Source: Chiloscyllium plagiosum
Taxonomy: Eukaryota
Assembly (NCBI RefSeq): GCF_004010195.1
Contig: NC_057718.1
Location: 91,620,634 to 91,673,625, forward strand
Reading direction: 5' to 3'
Length of the DNA: 52,992 nucleotides
The notes beneath the pieces are model-generated. The model was not told where the DNA came from. It searched no databases and was given only the letters and a program-made list of their open reading frames with translations. Positions 13,431-27,100 of the stretch are shown here, one piece after another. Both the position numbers and the translations under genes were made by a program. Numbering within the stretch: position 1 is the first letter of the stretch; each line of letters begins with the position of its first letter.

Positions 13431-14558
13431 AGCTTCTGTTCTTTCATGATAAAAACCTGATGTACCGCAAAGAAAGATCCTGAAGTCCACAATAATGGCT
13501 TTAGTTGTATTTTAAAAGAAAGAAATCTCACTACAATTTCATGATACTCAAACTGAGTGACAAAACTATACCTCCACTTCCATTTACTACTACCTTCAAA
13601 TTCAGGATGCAAAATCTTTTAAGCTAATAAGTTTGTGAAATTTATAGCAACACACGTTTTTCTCTCTTATAAACATCCATGAAAAGAGACTTCCATAAAT
13701 TCAAACCATTAAAAATGTAAGTAAAAGATGAAACTTTTAAAATTTAACAACTCAAAATAAAAATGTTACTGGTTTTAAATATGGCATAAAGTTTCTGTAT
13801 AACATTACAAAATATTTTGTAATGTAGGAAGTGCAGGGATATTTCCTTTATTGTGTTCCAGCCTATGTGACACCACCTCAGTTATGTACTAGTAAAAATA
13901 AGAAAACAAATTACATGCATCTAATAGAAACTATAGATGTTACAATATTAAAAGGTAACGCTTATCCTGACAGTCACAACTTAGTTGAGCTTTGCTCTTC
14001 TGTTTATTAATGTGATCAGAACAGCTCAACTGAATTACTGGCAGCCATCTGTTCTATATTATTAATTTAAAAAAAGGTCCAAGTTGTTTTACAAGAGAAT
14101 GGCTCTGTTATTGCAGCAACATTCCAGCGCAGAGCACAAATTCTATTTGTTGCTGTTTTAAGGAAGTTGTAATTGAATTTCAATGTCCAAACAAGAAATT
14201 TGTGGATGCTAAATCTCATTCATTTTAAATAAAAGTCAACCTTTTTCCAATCCTATCATCAGTGAACTATTGTCTGATTTAAATGATTATTTTTACACTG
14301 CATATCCAGGGTGTACACAATGATGCTGCGAAAATGCAGTTAGCTTGAATAGATTATGAAGATTTTATAAGTAGTATCAAACAAAAATCTCAATGACAAA
14401 GTGCTCACGTGTGAACTTGAAAGAAAGATCTTACAATAGATTTCAGCTTTCTAAGTAAGGTATATTGGAAAAGATCATAACTACATAAAGTTTTTTTCTG
14501 TAATTAGCATTGCAATTATGCAGCATCTGCAGAGAGTTGATAACACAGCAGATCTAAA

Positions 14559-14579
14559 ATCAGCACCACGAACAGCTAC
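14559..14579 (+). promoter_or_regulatory. Candidate REST/NRSF RE1 element
   Basis: aTCAGCACCACGAACAGCTAC versus consensus TTCAGCACCACGGACAGCGCC, with canonical 2-nt spacing. Confidence 0.5.
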
Positions 14580-15499
14580 TTTGATAAATGCCTCATAACA
14601 GAGCGCTGCCACTAGAAATCAACTTAGGTAATAGCAGCTGGAGGTAGTTGTTGCTGTGGAGACGAGGAACTTGGGACTGCTAACGATGTAAAAGCTGCCA
14701 TAAGGGAAATGTAAGAATAGTGAAACAAAGACACAGATTCACTCTTGATTGCTGTAATCTAAGGCACAATCTTTTGAACAGTAAATAGCCAATTTTATTC
14801 TTTAAAATTTATAGATGAAATTATCCATCAAACAATTTATAACGTTGACAATTTTTTGTATAATTATACAAAAAGAAAGCTACCAATCTTGAGAACATTA
14901 TTACATGTACGCCACATCTAGACACAATGAAGAATGCTGATCTTGGTCAGTAAACTTTTAAATGAGACAGATTATTTACTTTCTTCCAATTACAACTGTG
15001 TTTACGGTAGATAACTTTATTGATCATCATGCTATTTTGAAAATAAGGAACATAAAAAATATTTCCTTCCCAAAAAAATGTAGCTTTCAAGAAAATTTCA
15101 ACATTGATAATAGAAATTCAAATCTAAAACTGCTACACTAATACCTATATGTCAAAGTGTTAAACATAAGGTTCAAAACATATGATTCATTTATAAAAGG
15201 GTATAGCTCCAATTATACATGTTGCAAACTAGTCAAATCATTACTGGGAATTTTGCTTTACCATACCAGTCAGATTATTCCTTTTCATTTAACATGACTT
15301 CCTCGCTTTATCCCTTCTAAAGAATTAAGCTCCAGAGATTTTCACTTCTGCAATTTAACTGGACAAAAAGCCCTGGCAGGCAAATTTAATTTCAACATTA
15401 ACTTCCATCTCTTTGTCATCGAGGTTCATATGGTGCAGGGGATTTATATCTACCACTAACTAAAATTCAAAGCACAAAATGAAACAAAACATCTTTGAG

Positions 15500-15820
15500 C
15501 TACGTTAGATCTATTGCAACAAATTTATTAGGAGCATTATCAAAACATTCTAAGACTAAGATGCACACGGAGATTCAAGGACAAAACATGATCTGAAAGA
15601 TAAGTTTTAAGAAATTTCCTCAAAGAGTAAAATGTACAGAAATGCAGAGATCTTGTCATAAATTCCTGAACTCTACATATTTGAAGGCATGAATATCAAG
15701 CAAAGAAAACTTGGAATTAAATAAAAGAAAGAATTGGAGGAGCACAAAAATTCCAGAAGTTTGCAAGGGTGGATGAGATTAAATAAATTGGATAGATGAG
15801 GCTATGGAAGGATTTGCATG
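15500..15820 (-). mobile_element. Decayed L2-like LINE fragment
   Basis: Same family as 1520-1779 (aattcctgaa...gaaggcatg...gaattggaggagcac...gaggctatggaaggatttg). Confidence 0.5.
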
Positions 15821-15829
15821 CATGCGACA

Positions 15830-16930
15830 CAGCTGCTAGACTGGGCCAGTGGCATGTAGTGAAATAATCAATTAAGGAAAATCCTACTTGGCCACATCTG
15901 CCCTAATCTACCTATTGCAGATGCATTTGTTATCATAGTACTGGGAGAAATGACCATGACAGAGAACTATTAAACACAAGGTCCACCTTCCACAGCGCTA
16001 TAGGGGAGAGATTCAGAACAGATCTAGCAGCTCTAAACTGTGCACCTATTAAGTATTGAGGACCACCATCAACAGCAGAATTGCCTTCAATCACAAGCCA
16101 TAATCTTATGGCTCAGCATTTCTCTCAATCTACCACTGAGCTAACCAACTATGGTTCACTAAGCAGCACTAGGTTTATCTAAAATGAGGTGTCAATCTGG
16201 TGAAGCTACACAAGGGACTTCATTTATGTAAGAGCAGAAGCAGCACACGATAGAAAGAACCAAGTGATCCCACAACCAACAAATCAGATCAAAGCTCTAC
16301 AATTGTGAATAGTGGTAAACAATTAAACAATCAACTGAAGGAGAAGACTGCATAAACATCCTAACCCTCATTGTATATCAGTGAAAATTATAAGGCAGCT
16401 ACCTTCAGCCAGAAGTATTAAATGGATCATCTATTACGGCCACCTACTGATGTCTCAGCATCTCTGATGCTGGTCTTCAAGCAGTCTCTTTCACTTTGCA
16501 TGATGTCAAGAAACAACTGAATGCACTGGAGACAGCAAAGCTTTGAACCTTGAAAATTTCCCCTCTCACACTGAAGGCATGTACTTCAGAATCAACTGTG
16601 GCTCCAGTCAAGATGTTCCAGTGCAGTTGCCACATTGGCACCGATTTACCAGAATGGAAAACTGTACAGGTATATCTAACCAACAAAAAGCAAGACAAAT
16701 CTAATCTAGCCAATTAACACCTGTTAGTTTATCCCCAATTAACAGTCAAGTAATGGAAGGTGTCAATATTGCCATCAAACAGCACTTACTCAGCATAACC
16801 CTCACACTGTTGCTCAGTTTGGGCTTTATTGTCAATGGAACTCCCTGGCTAACAGCACTATCAAAGAACCTTCACCTCAGATTTCAACAACACAAAGAGG
16901 TAGCTTGAGGAAAATTAGGAATAGGTATAA
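15830..16930 (+). mobile_element. Decayed CR1/L2-clade LINE RT fragment
   Basis: Degenerate WK..QV...KKQDKSN.ANY.P.SL...SKVMEGV; same family as 27690-28350. Confidence 0.7.
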
Positions 16931-18039
16931 ATGCTGGTCTTATATTCTATGAATTACTGTTAAAAATTTATAAAAATCCCGAATTTTATCTATATAAATA
17001 CTCATCTCCTGCGTGTGTATCTATGTATGCATACAATGCGGCATAAGACAAATTAAACTCAAACACTCAAGCATGAAGTGGTAGATTGACCTATTTTGCT
17101 TTCCAAATCAATATTCACATCAAAATAAGAGGAAACTATAAATCTGAAGTAAGGAGAGAAGATGCTGGAAATACACATATCTGGCAGCAAATGTGGAGAG
17201 AGAAATAGTAGTATTGACTATTACAATGTAAGAGTGAGAACTTAACATTTCTGCTTACATACTTTGCTGTGTTCACTTAAAAATGTATTCACTAATCCTT
17301 TATGTATATATGTAGATTACAAGGTTACTGTCTTAGAAGATAAAGTACAAATTCATAACATTCTGACAGAAGTTTATTCAGAATTTGATTCAATTCACAC
17401 ATAGGAAATCCCTTAAGAATAAAAGGTCATATTTCCAAATTGTTTTCCTTAAACCTAGCATGGTGAGGGTTTTTCTAAACTTGTGTCTCAATAGACAGTT
17501 CCCAACCCAAGAGGGCTTTAGGGTGATACTGTTGATTGTACTTCAGTGGGTCAAGTGGTGAATGTCAAAGCACTGAACAAAATGTTTCCCTTCATTATTT
17601 AAAATGTAGAAAATAATGGTTTTCCTGGAAATCATTGAGTGTTTGCTCAACAGACAAAAGCAGTTCAACATCTAACAGTTTCAGTCTTCACTGAAAAATT
17701 GAAGTCTTGTTCTGAAATAAATATTTGTAATATTTCACCTACATCTGGTGAACAAACTTTGGACCAACTTAGTCTTTGTTGCCCACTGTGGAACAATGTG
17801 CTTGCATTATCAGGCCATATTAATGCATTTAGTAACTTGGAACAATACTCCAGCAATGAACAATAACTGAGTAAATTTGAGAGAAGCACTGTGTGAAATT
17901 TTCAATCTTTTCACTTTCTGGTTGTACAAGATCTGCGAAAATATGGCTTGAGAACAGACTTCAAGCATACTTTTTCACTTATTTCTAATGCTCTTTGCAA
18001 CTTGAATCGTATTTCGCAAAGGAGAAAGAATAGTAAACG

Positions 18040-19110
18040 TTACTCTGGAAGAGGTGGTCATTTAGCTCTGCATACCTGTAGCAGCTATCCAATGAGGATT
18101 ATGACTTAATATCTTTCTTCTGTTTTTCTTCCATACTCTTGCACTTTTTTTTATTCAAATAATCATTCAATGCCCTGTTGAATAGCACATTTCCACAAAA
18201 TGGATTCCATCTCAAACTACTCCTATTAAGAAGTTCTCTCTCATCACATTTGCTACATTTACAAATCACTTTAAATTTCTTGACCTTTTTACAAGCGGTA
18301 ACCGTTTCTCCCTATTTACTCTATCGTGACCTATTGCAATTTTGAAAACATCTATATATTCTCATAGCCTTTTCTTCTCCAAGATGAATGCATCCAGACT
18401 CCCCAAATTATCCTTGTAATTGAAGTGTCTCATCCCTGAAACAATTTTTATAAACTACTTCTCCACTCTCCAATGTGTTCACATTCTTCATACAGTGTGA
18501 CACCCAGAACTACACTCAATACACCAATTGAGTCTACAACGTGTCCTGTACAAGTTCAGAATAAACTGTCTGCTCTTCTACTCTATGGTTGATATAATAA
18601 AGCTCAGGATACTATATGCTTTATTAGCCAATCTCCACCTGTCCTGACACCCTCAGTGATCTATGCACATGCAAGAGTGCAGGGACTTGGATGTGCATGT
18701 CCATGGGTGTTATACCTCTTACTGTGTGTTGTCTGTCCACAATCTACTTGCCAAAATGTATCAGTTTTCACTTCTCTGCATCGAACTTCACTTGCTACTC
18801 ATCTGACCACTTCACTATTCTGCGTCCTTTTGGAGTTCTACACTGAACTCCTCACAGTTTACAATGCTTCCAAATTTTGTATCATCTTAAAACTTTGAAA
18901 TTATCCCCCACACAGCAATATCTATATCATTCACATATATCAGAAATAGAAAGGCTCTCAATACCTACCCTTGAGGAACTCTACTAAAAACTTTTCTCCA
19001 GCCTGAAAAATGCCCATTGACCACCACACTATATTTCCTCCTACCCGGCCAATTTTGCAGCGATGTTGCTATTGTTTCTTTTATTCCATGGGTAATAAAG
19101 TTTCACAAGT
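18040..19110 (-). mobile_element. Decayed CR1 LINE 3' part
   Basis: Reverse-strand RT remnants (cccagaactacactcaatacacc; acttctctgcatcgaacttcacttgc; ccttgaggaactctacta). Confidence 0.7.
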
Positions 19111-19702
19111 CTATTGAGTGGCAGAACTGCACAAGATAGAATAAACAGCAGAGAAACAGGATATTTGTATCAAAGGTGCATGCTGATGTATCCAGTTTAT
19201 ACAAGCTTCATCCTACTCTATTTCTTTCTATTACTCCTTTCTTGTGTTTACATCAGGTTTTTCCTTAAATGTGTCAATGCTACATGTATCAACCGTGTTG
19301 AGGATCTTCTACTAAATGTTTTTTTCATCTTAGTGACTATTTTATATTTATGACCCACCATTTCAGTTTTCCATGTTGACTCCTACAATCTGCTCCATAA
19401 TTTTGAAAGCTTCCATCTCACTTCCATTTCAACTTGTTTTTACCCAAATTAAAAATCAGTCAACCTTTAGCAACAACAACATCCTCTCAACCTTTGTAAT
19501 ATATTTATATGTTTTTCTGTACCAGTGTTTCGAGGTCTTTCAATTTTTAAAGTAACACACTTTTCTTTTGAGGGTGGTGGCATTCAGCATACACTAAGTC
19601 AAGAGCAAAACATATTTAAAAGTCATGTAATTCCTAGTTAGCAGAGGACAGCCAATGAGCTAGAGGCCTGATCAGAGTGGGATGGCCAGCATGCCCAGTG
19701 CA

Positions 19703-19742
19703 AGGTTCCTGAAGAAGGGCCTGTGCCCGAAACGTCGAATCT
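19703..19742 (+). ncRNA. Minimal type I hammerhead ribozyme, intact core
   Basis: AGGUUC-CUGAAGA-A-GGGC-cugu-GCCC-GAAA-CG-UC-GAAUCU: 6-bp stem I with one GU pair, 4-bp stem II, GUC cleavage triplet. Confidence 0.85.
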
Positions 19743-19797
19743 CCTGTTCCCTGGATGCTGCCTGACCTGCTGTGCTGTTCCAGCAATAAAGTTTCAA
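19707..19797 (+). mobile_element. 91-nt PLE-derived mini-insertion (hammerhead + AATAAA) with 11-bp TSD
   Basis: Flanked by cagtgcaaggt at 19696-19706 and 19798-19808. Confidence 0.85.
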
Positions 19798-22700
19798 CAG
19801 TGCAAGGTGGGGTTGGTTGTTGGACTGGGGACTGGTGAAGGTGGTCAGTGTCCTAAGAGTCTGGTCAGACCAAGTGTGGAAGCCCCCTGCATTGATCTTC
19901 TGCAGGCCTTTTATAGAAAGGTCAAAAGGTTTTGTTTTTAAACTGTATTTCTTATTTTTCTACATTATACTGTATGGGAATGTAATTTTTTAAATCTTTA
20001 TTTCTCTATTTTGTATCTAAGATCTGTACCCAGGTATTTTTTACCCAAGATGGCACAGTGTGCAGCAACACTGTAAACATTTCTCTGTACTCATGTGCTT
20101 TTGTAGTTGAGTACGTGACAATAAACCAAATTTTAATTCTAGTTTGACTACTGTAGGTTGTAGCTCTAATGCGTACGCTGAAACTGGTAAATACATTTCG
20201 AAGAACTTCAAAATAATTTTGTCTGCAAAAAATCTGAAGTTTAGAATTAATAAGTATTTCTAAAATAGAAAAATAACACTAACTTTTTTCTGCAGTGGAG
20301 GACAATGGGATTTTTTGAGATGACAATATTTTTCATGAATAGCAGAAAATCACAACAGTTCAAGACACAATTATCACCGTCTTCAGTGATTTCTTCCATG
20401 GGATAACAAGATCATATTAATATGCAAAACCTTAAGAACAGAGAGACTGATAATCATTCATTTAATACAAAATGAGAACAGGATGGCCATCTCATTTCCA
20501 CATAATGAAAAAAATGAGGTATTTACTCATCATAAAGTAGGGAGCATTTTCAGCCAAAAAAAATTTGAGATTCTCTAAATGTATTTTCAGCTTTGGAGAA
20601 AAGAATTGTATTTAATTCCATCTGGCCAAAAGTAGAAGAATAAGTAGGCAGCATAGATTTTATTTTAAGCATGAGTATGGCATCCATAAGAGTTTAATGT
20701 CAAAACTTGGAGGTAAAAACATAGGTTGCAATTTTTATTTAAAAAAAGCTTAGTTGAAAATGAATTTTGAGCTCTAATTTTAAAAAGTACCCTGGTTCCA
20801 TTTAAAGTAGCTGACTTAAGACAACAATTTGGAAATAGAATGGAATTTTAACTAAAATTACGAGATTGCAAAATGACTCAATGCTAAATATTCAGAGATT
20901 AAAATCTGTACAATGTTAATTTTCAAATTAATTAGAAGAACCTTTTCAAAGTCAGAACTTTGTTTTATCATTATGATATTTGGATATAGTGCCCAACACA
21001 GGCAAGAAGCAAAAATTCGAGTGTATTATCATCCAAATAGAGTTTTCAGATTATTCAATGAAAGAGACCCACTTTCTTTATTGTATACAAGTAACAGCTA
21101 TCTGTCAGAGGGGTGCAATAATTAGCAGATGGGATCTACAATCTATTTCACAAAAACTACTCATCAAACATATTTTGGGTAAAATGCCAGGATTTTGTTG
21201 CCTTATGATGAAATCAGAAACACATATACTATATGAAAGATGTACAAGTATCACAAGATTCACCTGAACTGAGCAATGTCTTTATGAACAAAGTAAGACC
21301 AAATGAAAGAGAGGCAACTTGCATATTTGCAACAGCCTTCTAATCCTAGCCCCAAGCCATACTGTGCAGTCAGCCTGTCTATTACAAGGCAACAATTAGG
21401 CGGCCTGAGCAGAACACCTGGTACTTTCAATCCTGAGCCTTCTGTGGCAGCTGAGTGCAAACAACTCCATGCAAGTAGTTGTGCCTCTCAACACTGACTT
21501 GCCAGTCTGGGGTAGATAAAGACAATTTTTTTTTCCCCTGCGACTTTGAAAGCCATTCATCATTTCTAATTAAACAAAATCCTTAAAATGGTTTGCTGGT
21601 CTTAAAGTGTAAATTCCAATGTCTCCATGCAATTGTACTTGAAATGTGTTCAGATTCTAATAAAATTGAGTACAAAATGTCATTTAACATCTGTGGAATA
21701 AACTTTCAATGAAATTAGAACTGTCTCTAAATCAGAATGTTTATAATATTAAATGAATCTTTACGGATCATAAAACATTCCATCATATTCTCACTACTAA
21801 CTGAAGAAAATTGAAGACTAATTTTCAACTTTGATGAAAAAGTATGATCATCATCTTCAATTCCAGAGCTGCTTTCGATTATCAGTTGAAAAGTTTGTGT
21901 GGATATAACATCGTATTTGTTGCTGGTATTTTTCAACACATGCTGAAATAGTGTTACCGAAGGTTATAGAATTCTAAATTTTATCACACATGATAGTTTT
22001 TTATGGCCTACACAATGTCATTGCAGATGTTTTTAGTGCAATGCTTGTTTTTAGTTATAAATAATTTTTCTTTGTATCTGGTTGTCCATTCATTTTTGTT
22101 TCAAATGGAGGTTAACCAGAATGTCACTGTACCCCACCTTTGCAAGATGCGACTACAAAGTCCAATAAAAATGCACCCACATACAGCTTGCGCTCTTCAA
22201 CAACTCAAAACAACAGTGTTTGTCTATAAAAAATGAAAATGTGAGTATTAACACATCAAAGCCCATTATTATGTAAGAATATAAAAAAATTGCATGATGT
22301 ACACTTTAATCTTTCTGAAAACCTATGCACAGATTCAACTGAAATTTATTTTTCACAATGAATGCTAATACCTTTTCAGAGGAGAGCCTTTCTATTGCAG
22401 CAGGCAGGGAACGTGATATGGACCAAAGACATTATCAAGGCCTTTGAACTGTTTAAAACTGTATCAAAGCGAAAATGATAAATAATTAACTGCTGCTGTA
22501 TCTCAGCACACAATGGTTTTAAACACATTCTTTTCAGTAGGTTCCACATTAAAAACATCTAGGAACTGATAGAATGTGGGATTTTGGTAATTAACACAGA
22601 TGCATGACCACCAAAAAAAGAACAAATCATTATATAGAGCAAAGCTGGTGAGGAAAACCTCTGTCGTACTCTGAAAAACAGCCTGCGAGAGGCAGTGCAA

Positions 22701-24599
22701 TAGATGTGTAAAAGTTCATTAATTAAACCGTTCTTCTGAAACAGATGGAACTGGCTAGCTGGACTCTAATTACTCGTAGCAGGAGCAGAGGCTTGCAGTT
22801 CTTAATGAGGTTCAATAAAACAGCTAATTGCATATCAATCACAATTAAAAGAACCCTGCAAGACGAGTTGAGTCATCCTGCAACAGGTCAGGAAATCGGA
22901 TAAGAGACCAACAGGCATAGCAAAACATACTAAAGATGCTTATGCACACAAATCTACACTGCAAAAGAAATCCTAATAATTAATTCTGCAGTATATTGTA
23001 GTTAAATATCATGGCTTTCAATTTTTATTATTTTTTTTTAATAAGACTAATCAAGAGTTGAAACCACATCAGCAATCTTATAACAGTTAATTTGAGCTCA
23101 AGCAATCAGAATTAAAATGAAAACAAAAAATTCAAAATTCGAGAGTAAATATTTGCAAACTGCAGAAAGCAAAGCAATGCCTTAAATCACTTTGAGGTTA
23201 CAAAACAATTGACTTTGTACTGAAGACAAACTTGAACCTATAAATCATAGATATTGTTTATTTAAATAGAAATTTAACAGGATAATAAAATATTTATTTA
23301 AAAAGATCATTTTTATTAGGTTGCCAGAATGTAATTATAAATTCAGAAAAATAACCTTAATACAGAAAGGATCTCTGGTTTGAAATATTTAAATTGTGAG
23401 CCTTCACCCAGTATATAAACAACTGCACACTGTCAAAGGTCCATTGGGACATTATATTGCAAGACTGCATAAACAGGACACAAACTTTAAGGGCCGCAAG
23501 CAGTTCTTATTAGTAACCAAATGAGTCAAATTTCATGTCAGTGATTGAAGAATACTTTTGCATTTTGTATGAAGCTAGACACCATATGCCATATGGAGAC
23601 TCCATTACTTTATTCTGTGCTATCACTATGAACCAGACATATTGGTAATCCCAATGGAAATGCTGTCTCCTCTTTGAGGTGAGGAGCAAGATCTTGGGGA
23701 TCTGCGTGCATTAGACATTGTAACAATCTGCAGGAACAGCTGGTCAGCTAGTAGGGAGCATCATGGAAATACATATAAAATTATGACGACTGTTTGGACC
23801 AATATAAGCACTGAATGTGAAATGGACACTATACAAAATCAACTTTCCCAACTTCAAGGTTACATTAGGTCCAACAAAAGCAAGATACCCCAGAGCAATA
23901 TGAATCCAAGAGGGTTAAATGCATTTCAGCAAAACTTAGAGGGGGAAAAACATCAGGCCTTTAAAATTCTAACATCAGATCATCTATTTAAATAACATAA
24001 TCCGGTTTCCAAATAAGACCCCCATGTGTGCATTGCGGATGACCTACAATTGTTGGTGCCCTGCAGAATCGAGTTCAGGTGATAGTGGATTCAATTAAAA
24101 TTTATGCACTTAATTCAAACAGAGATTTAGTGCCTATCAAAAAAAAATTGGCACCCATCTAACCTAAAGAATTTCTAATAAGACTGACCAGTCAATAACA
24201 GCCATATTTTGTTTTGAAAAAGAAATCCAGTTTAATAGTGTTAAATGGAGTATGAATATAGCAATATAACTAAGATCACAAATCACGTGCAGGTTGTCTA
24301 GAATTGCAACTTCTATGGTGCTGGTTCTTAATGAGCATCCATCTTTACAGGGGCACACAGGTCTTCGTTATAATGTGCGTTTCGCAATGCAAATTCGCTG
24401 CAACATGACTGATGAATTGGGGACACATTTTACAGCACAAACTTTTAAAACTTGTGCTGGCTGTAACACAATTACAACATCAACACTTTAAGCACTGTTT
24501 CTAAAGCACAATCTTTCTATAATGCAAGCATCACATTATAGACGAACTGACTGTATTAAATGTTCCATACATATACATGCAAACAGAACAGAACAGTGT

Positions 24600-27100
24600 G
24601 AAACCTGCACACAGCTTATAAGAGCAGCAGCAGAGACAGCCAGAACAGAGTAAGGCTAGTGAAGAGAATAAAAGAGTTAGCAGGTAGGGGTTTGAAAAAA
24701 TAATGTTTGGGACATGTCAAACAGAAATAGGTTAGTAATAAGTTGGTGACTACTTTTCACCTTATCTGTCTAAAATGAGAAATTAAAAATTCCAGTTGAG
24801 TGACTATAACAGGAAACAGCAAGGAGGAATGAAGCAAGTATGAGTAAGAGACTAAGTACAAAACAGGATTAGAAGCATTAATTTACTGGGACTGAGGTTT
24901 ATCAGGTACAGGGCAGATTATAAATACAGCATTATATTTATAGTTTAACTTATTCATCTCCAAATAGTGTTAAGTGATACAAATTGTTCCTCTCTCATCC
25001 GGCACTCTCTGGTGCAGCAATCTCTGAGATCTGCTAGATGCAGTACTCTCAGTTTTCCGAAGAACATTTGTGTTTCACGTTTTTCTGAAGATGCACAAAG
25101 GAAGATTTTCAGGCATTTAACTGCTATAAAGACATCTTAAAATGCAAGCAGGGTTGCTGCTACTTAACTATGATAAAGGCAGCTTGAAGTATAGCAAGCA
25201 AAGAATCCCACAGTTTTCACAAGGGGAATGCTTCCAACAAATCAGCACTTTCAGGATGGTCAAGGAGGGACATGAGTAGAAAGAGGAATGATTTAAAAAC
25301 TCTTGCGCTGACCTCCTCTGACCTGGCAAATTCTCTGGTTAATGGGTACTTCCTGTACATCTAAACCATAGACATAATTATTTAAATCAAGCAAAGTTAA
25401 AATGGCAGGACAGATGTTGCTTATAGTATAGCACATGTGAGTTGGCAAACACCCCTGTGATCCACTGTAATGACATCTGTCGTTAAGTGTCTGTACTTTG
25501 AGCAAATTCAGTTCACTGAGCTCCACTCCAAGGTTTGGACATTGCAATGACGGGAAATTACATAGACATTTTGTTACTGTAAGGTTTGGGGGTGCCGGGC
25601 AGAGGGGACTTTGATGACTCACAAAGTTTGCAAGCTGAAACACAACCATGCCATTAGCAATACAGATAATGGCGATCATAGAATTATAAGAAGGAACTGA
25701 GCAAATATGAATGCATGAGCAAATATGAATGCATGAGCAAATAAGATCAGAATACAAAAAAAAGACAAAAGGCAGAATAAAATACTCTTTACCTATATAT
25801 TTGCAGCACTTGAAACAAGATGGACGAAATTGCACAAATGAAAATCAAACATAACAACATGAAAACCGTTATAAAGCCATGGTTACAAGGGATCAAGGCT
25901 GGCTCTTGAACATTCAAGACTACAGTATTTTGGAAGGTCAGGAAGCAAGGAAAAAATGATAGGGGAACTCTATTGATAAAATGATGAGATTAATACATAG
26001 TAAGAAATAAGCTTTGCTTGAAAGATGAAGATGTAGAATGAGTTTGGATGGAAGTAAGTAATAATAAGGAAGAAACTGGTGGGAGTAGATTACAGTCTCT
26101 CTATGATTGTGGAAGTGAGTAAAAATCAAGAAATAATAGGTGCGATTAAGAAAGATCCTGCAAGAAAAGGTAATTTTAATCTTCAAATAGATTGGCTGAA
26201 TCAAATTGGCAAATATAGCCAGGCAGATGAATTCAAAGCATGTAATTGAGGCAGTTACTTAGATCAGTATGCTCTGGAACTAATCAGGGAGCATGTTATA
26301 TCAGACGTGGTTTTAGTAGACAGGATTAATCAAAGATCTAACAGTAGAGTGTCCTCTCCAGAAGAGTGATCATAACATGCTAGAATTTCACATTCAGTTT
26401 GATGATGTGAAATGTGGTTTGAAAGATAGTGTCTAAATCTTGAATAAACTCAAAACAAGGGTATAAAGTTAGAGATGGCTAAAGTAGACTGGGTAAATAG
26501 CTTAAAAGGTACAATAGCTGAGAAATAGTTGCAGACAGTTATGAAAATATTGCACAACTCTCAAAGATATATTTAACTGAAAACAGAAGACTACGAAAAA
26601 GGTGCACAGTCTGTGGATAACTAGGAATTTTAAGGATGGTATCAAATCAAAAGAAAAACTTTACAGAAATTAATAATAGGCCAAAGGATTGGGAATTTTT
26701 TAGATGTCTAAAAATTAGTGTTAAGAATTAGAGTACATGAGAAAGTAGATAAAAAGGAAAAGAGAAACTAAAGTGAGCACAAGACCATTGGTGAATAACA
26801 CTAGATAATTAATTATGGGGAACAAAGAAATGTTAGAGAATTTGAATATAAATTTGTCTGTCCCTTCACAGTACAAGACACAATAGGTATTCTACGAGTA
26901 GAAGAACATCAAATGGCAAAGAAAGGGAAGAAGTTAACAAAATTACAGGAGAAAAATATTTGAAAAACCAAAAGTGCAAAAGACTGACAAGCCCCTTTTA
27001 CCTGATCTCTTTTATTCTTCAGTCTTGAAAGAATTGGGAGAGATTGTTATGCATTTGTTGTGATCTTCTGACAGATCACAGCAGATTGGAAACCACAAAG
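24600..27100 (+). mobile_element. Very decayed CR1 LINE (5' region, ORF1 remnants, endonuclease/linker)
   Basis: Remnants such as PWLQGIK..LNIQDY..F, gtgatcataacatgctagaatttcacattcagtttga, gctaaagtagactggg, cagcagattggaaa. Confidence 0.6.
25698..25743 (+). repeat. 18-bp tandem repeat (tgagcaaatatgaatgca) x2.5
   Basis: Perfect copies at 25698 and 25716, partial copy at 25734. Confidence 0.9.

Larger units (their letters stand above)
19640..20140 (+). mobile_element. Non-autonomous SINE-like repeat with a Rex1-type 3' tail
   Basis: 3' part (ttttctac...tgtacc..aagatggc...ctgtactc...gagtacgtgacaataaa) is shared with 46900-47119 and with the Rex1 tail at 10400-10447. Confidence 0.55.

Noticed and set aside
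14602..14620. CTCF-like motifs (gcgctgccactaga; also acaaagggggcag near 43280)
   Set aside because: Each matches only half of the core consensus
17140..17215. Another hammerhead-family repeat copy
   Set aside because: Family tail is faintly visible but no ribozyme core remains; too degraded to annotate
21260..21945. Possible minus-strand exon(s) with acceptor ctatttcag (about 21943) and donor cag|gtgaat (about 21263)
   Set aside because: No continuous frame and no similarity to RalGAP-alpha
25698..25743. Short direct repeats as a CRISPR-like array
   Set aside because: No spacers, only 2.5 tandem units, vertebrate context
25293..25835. 180-aa Cys-rich minus-strand ORF
   Set aside because: Antisense to decayed CR1 sequence and includes the 18-bp tandem repeat; no domain recognisable
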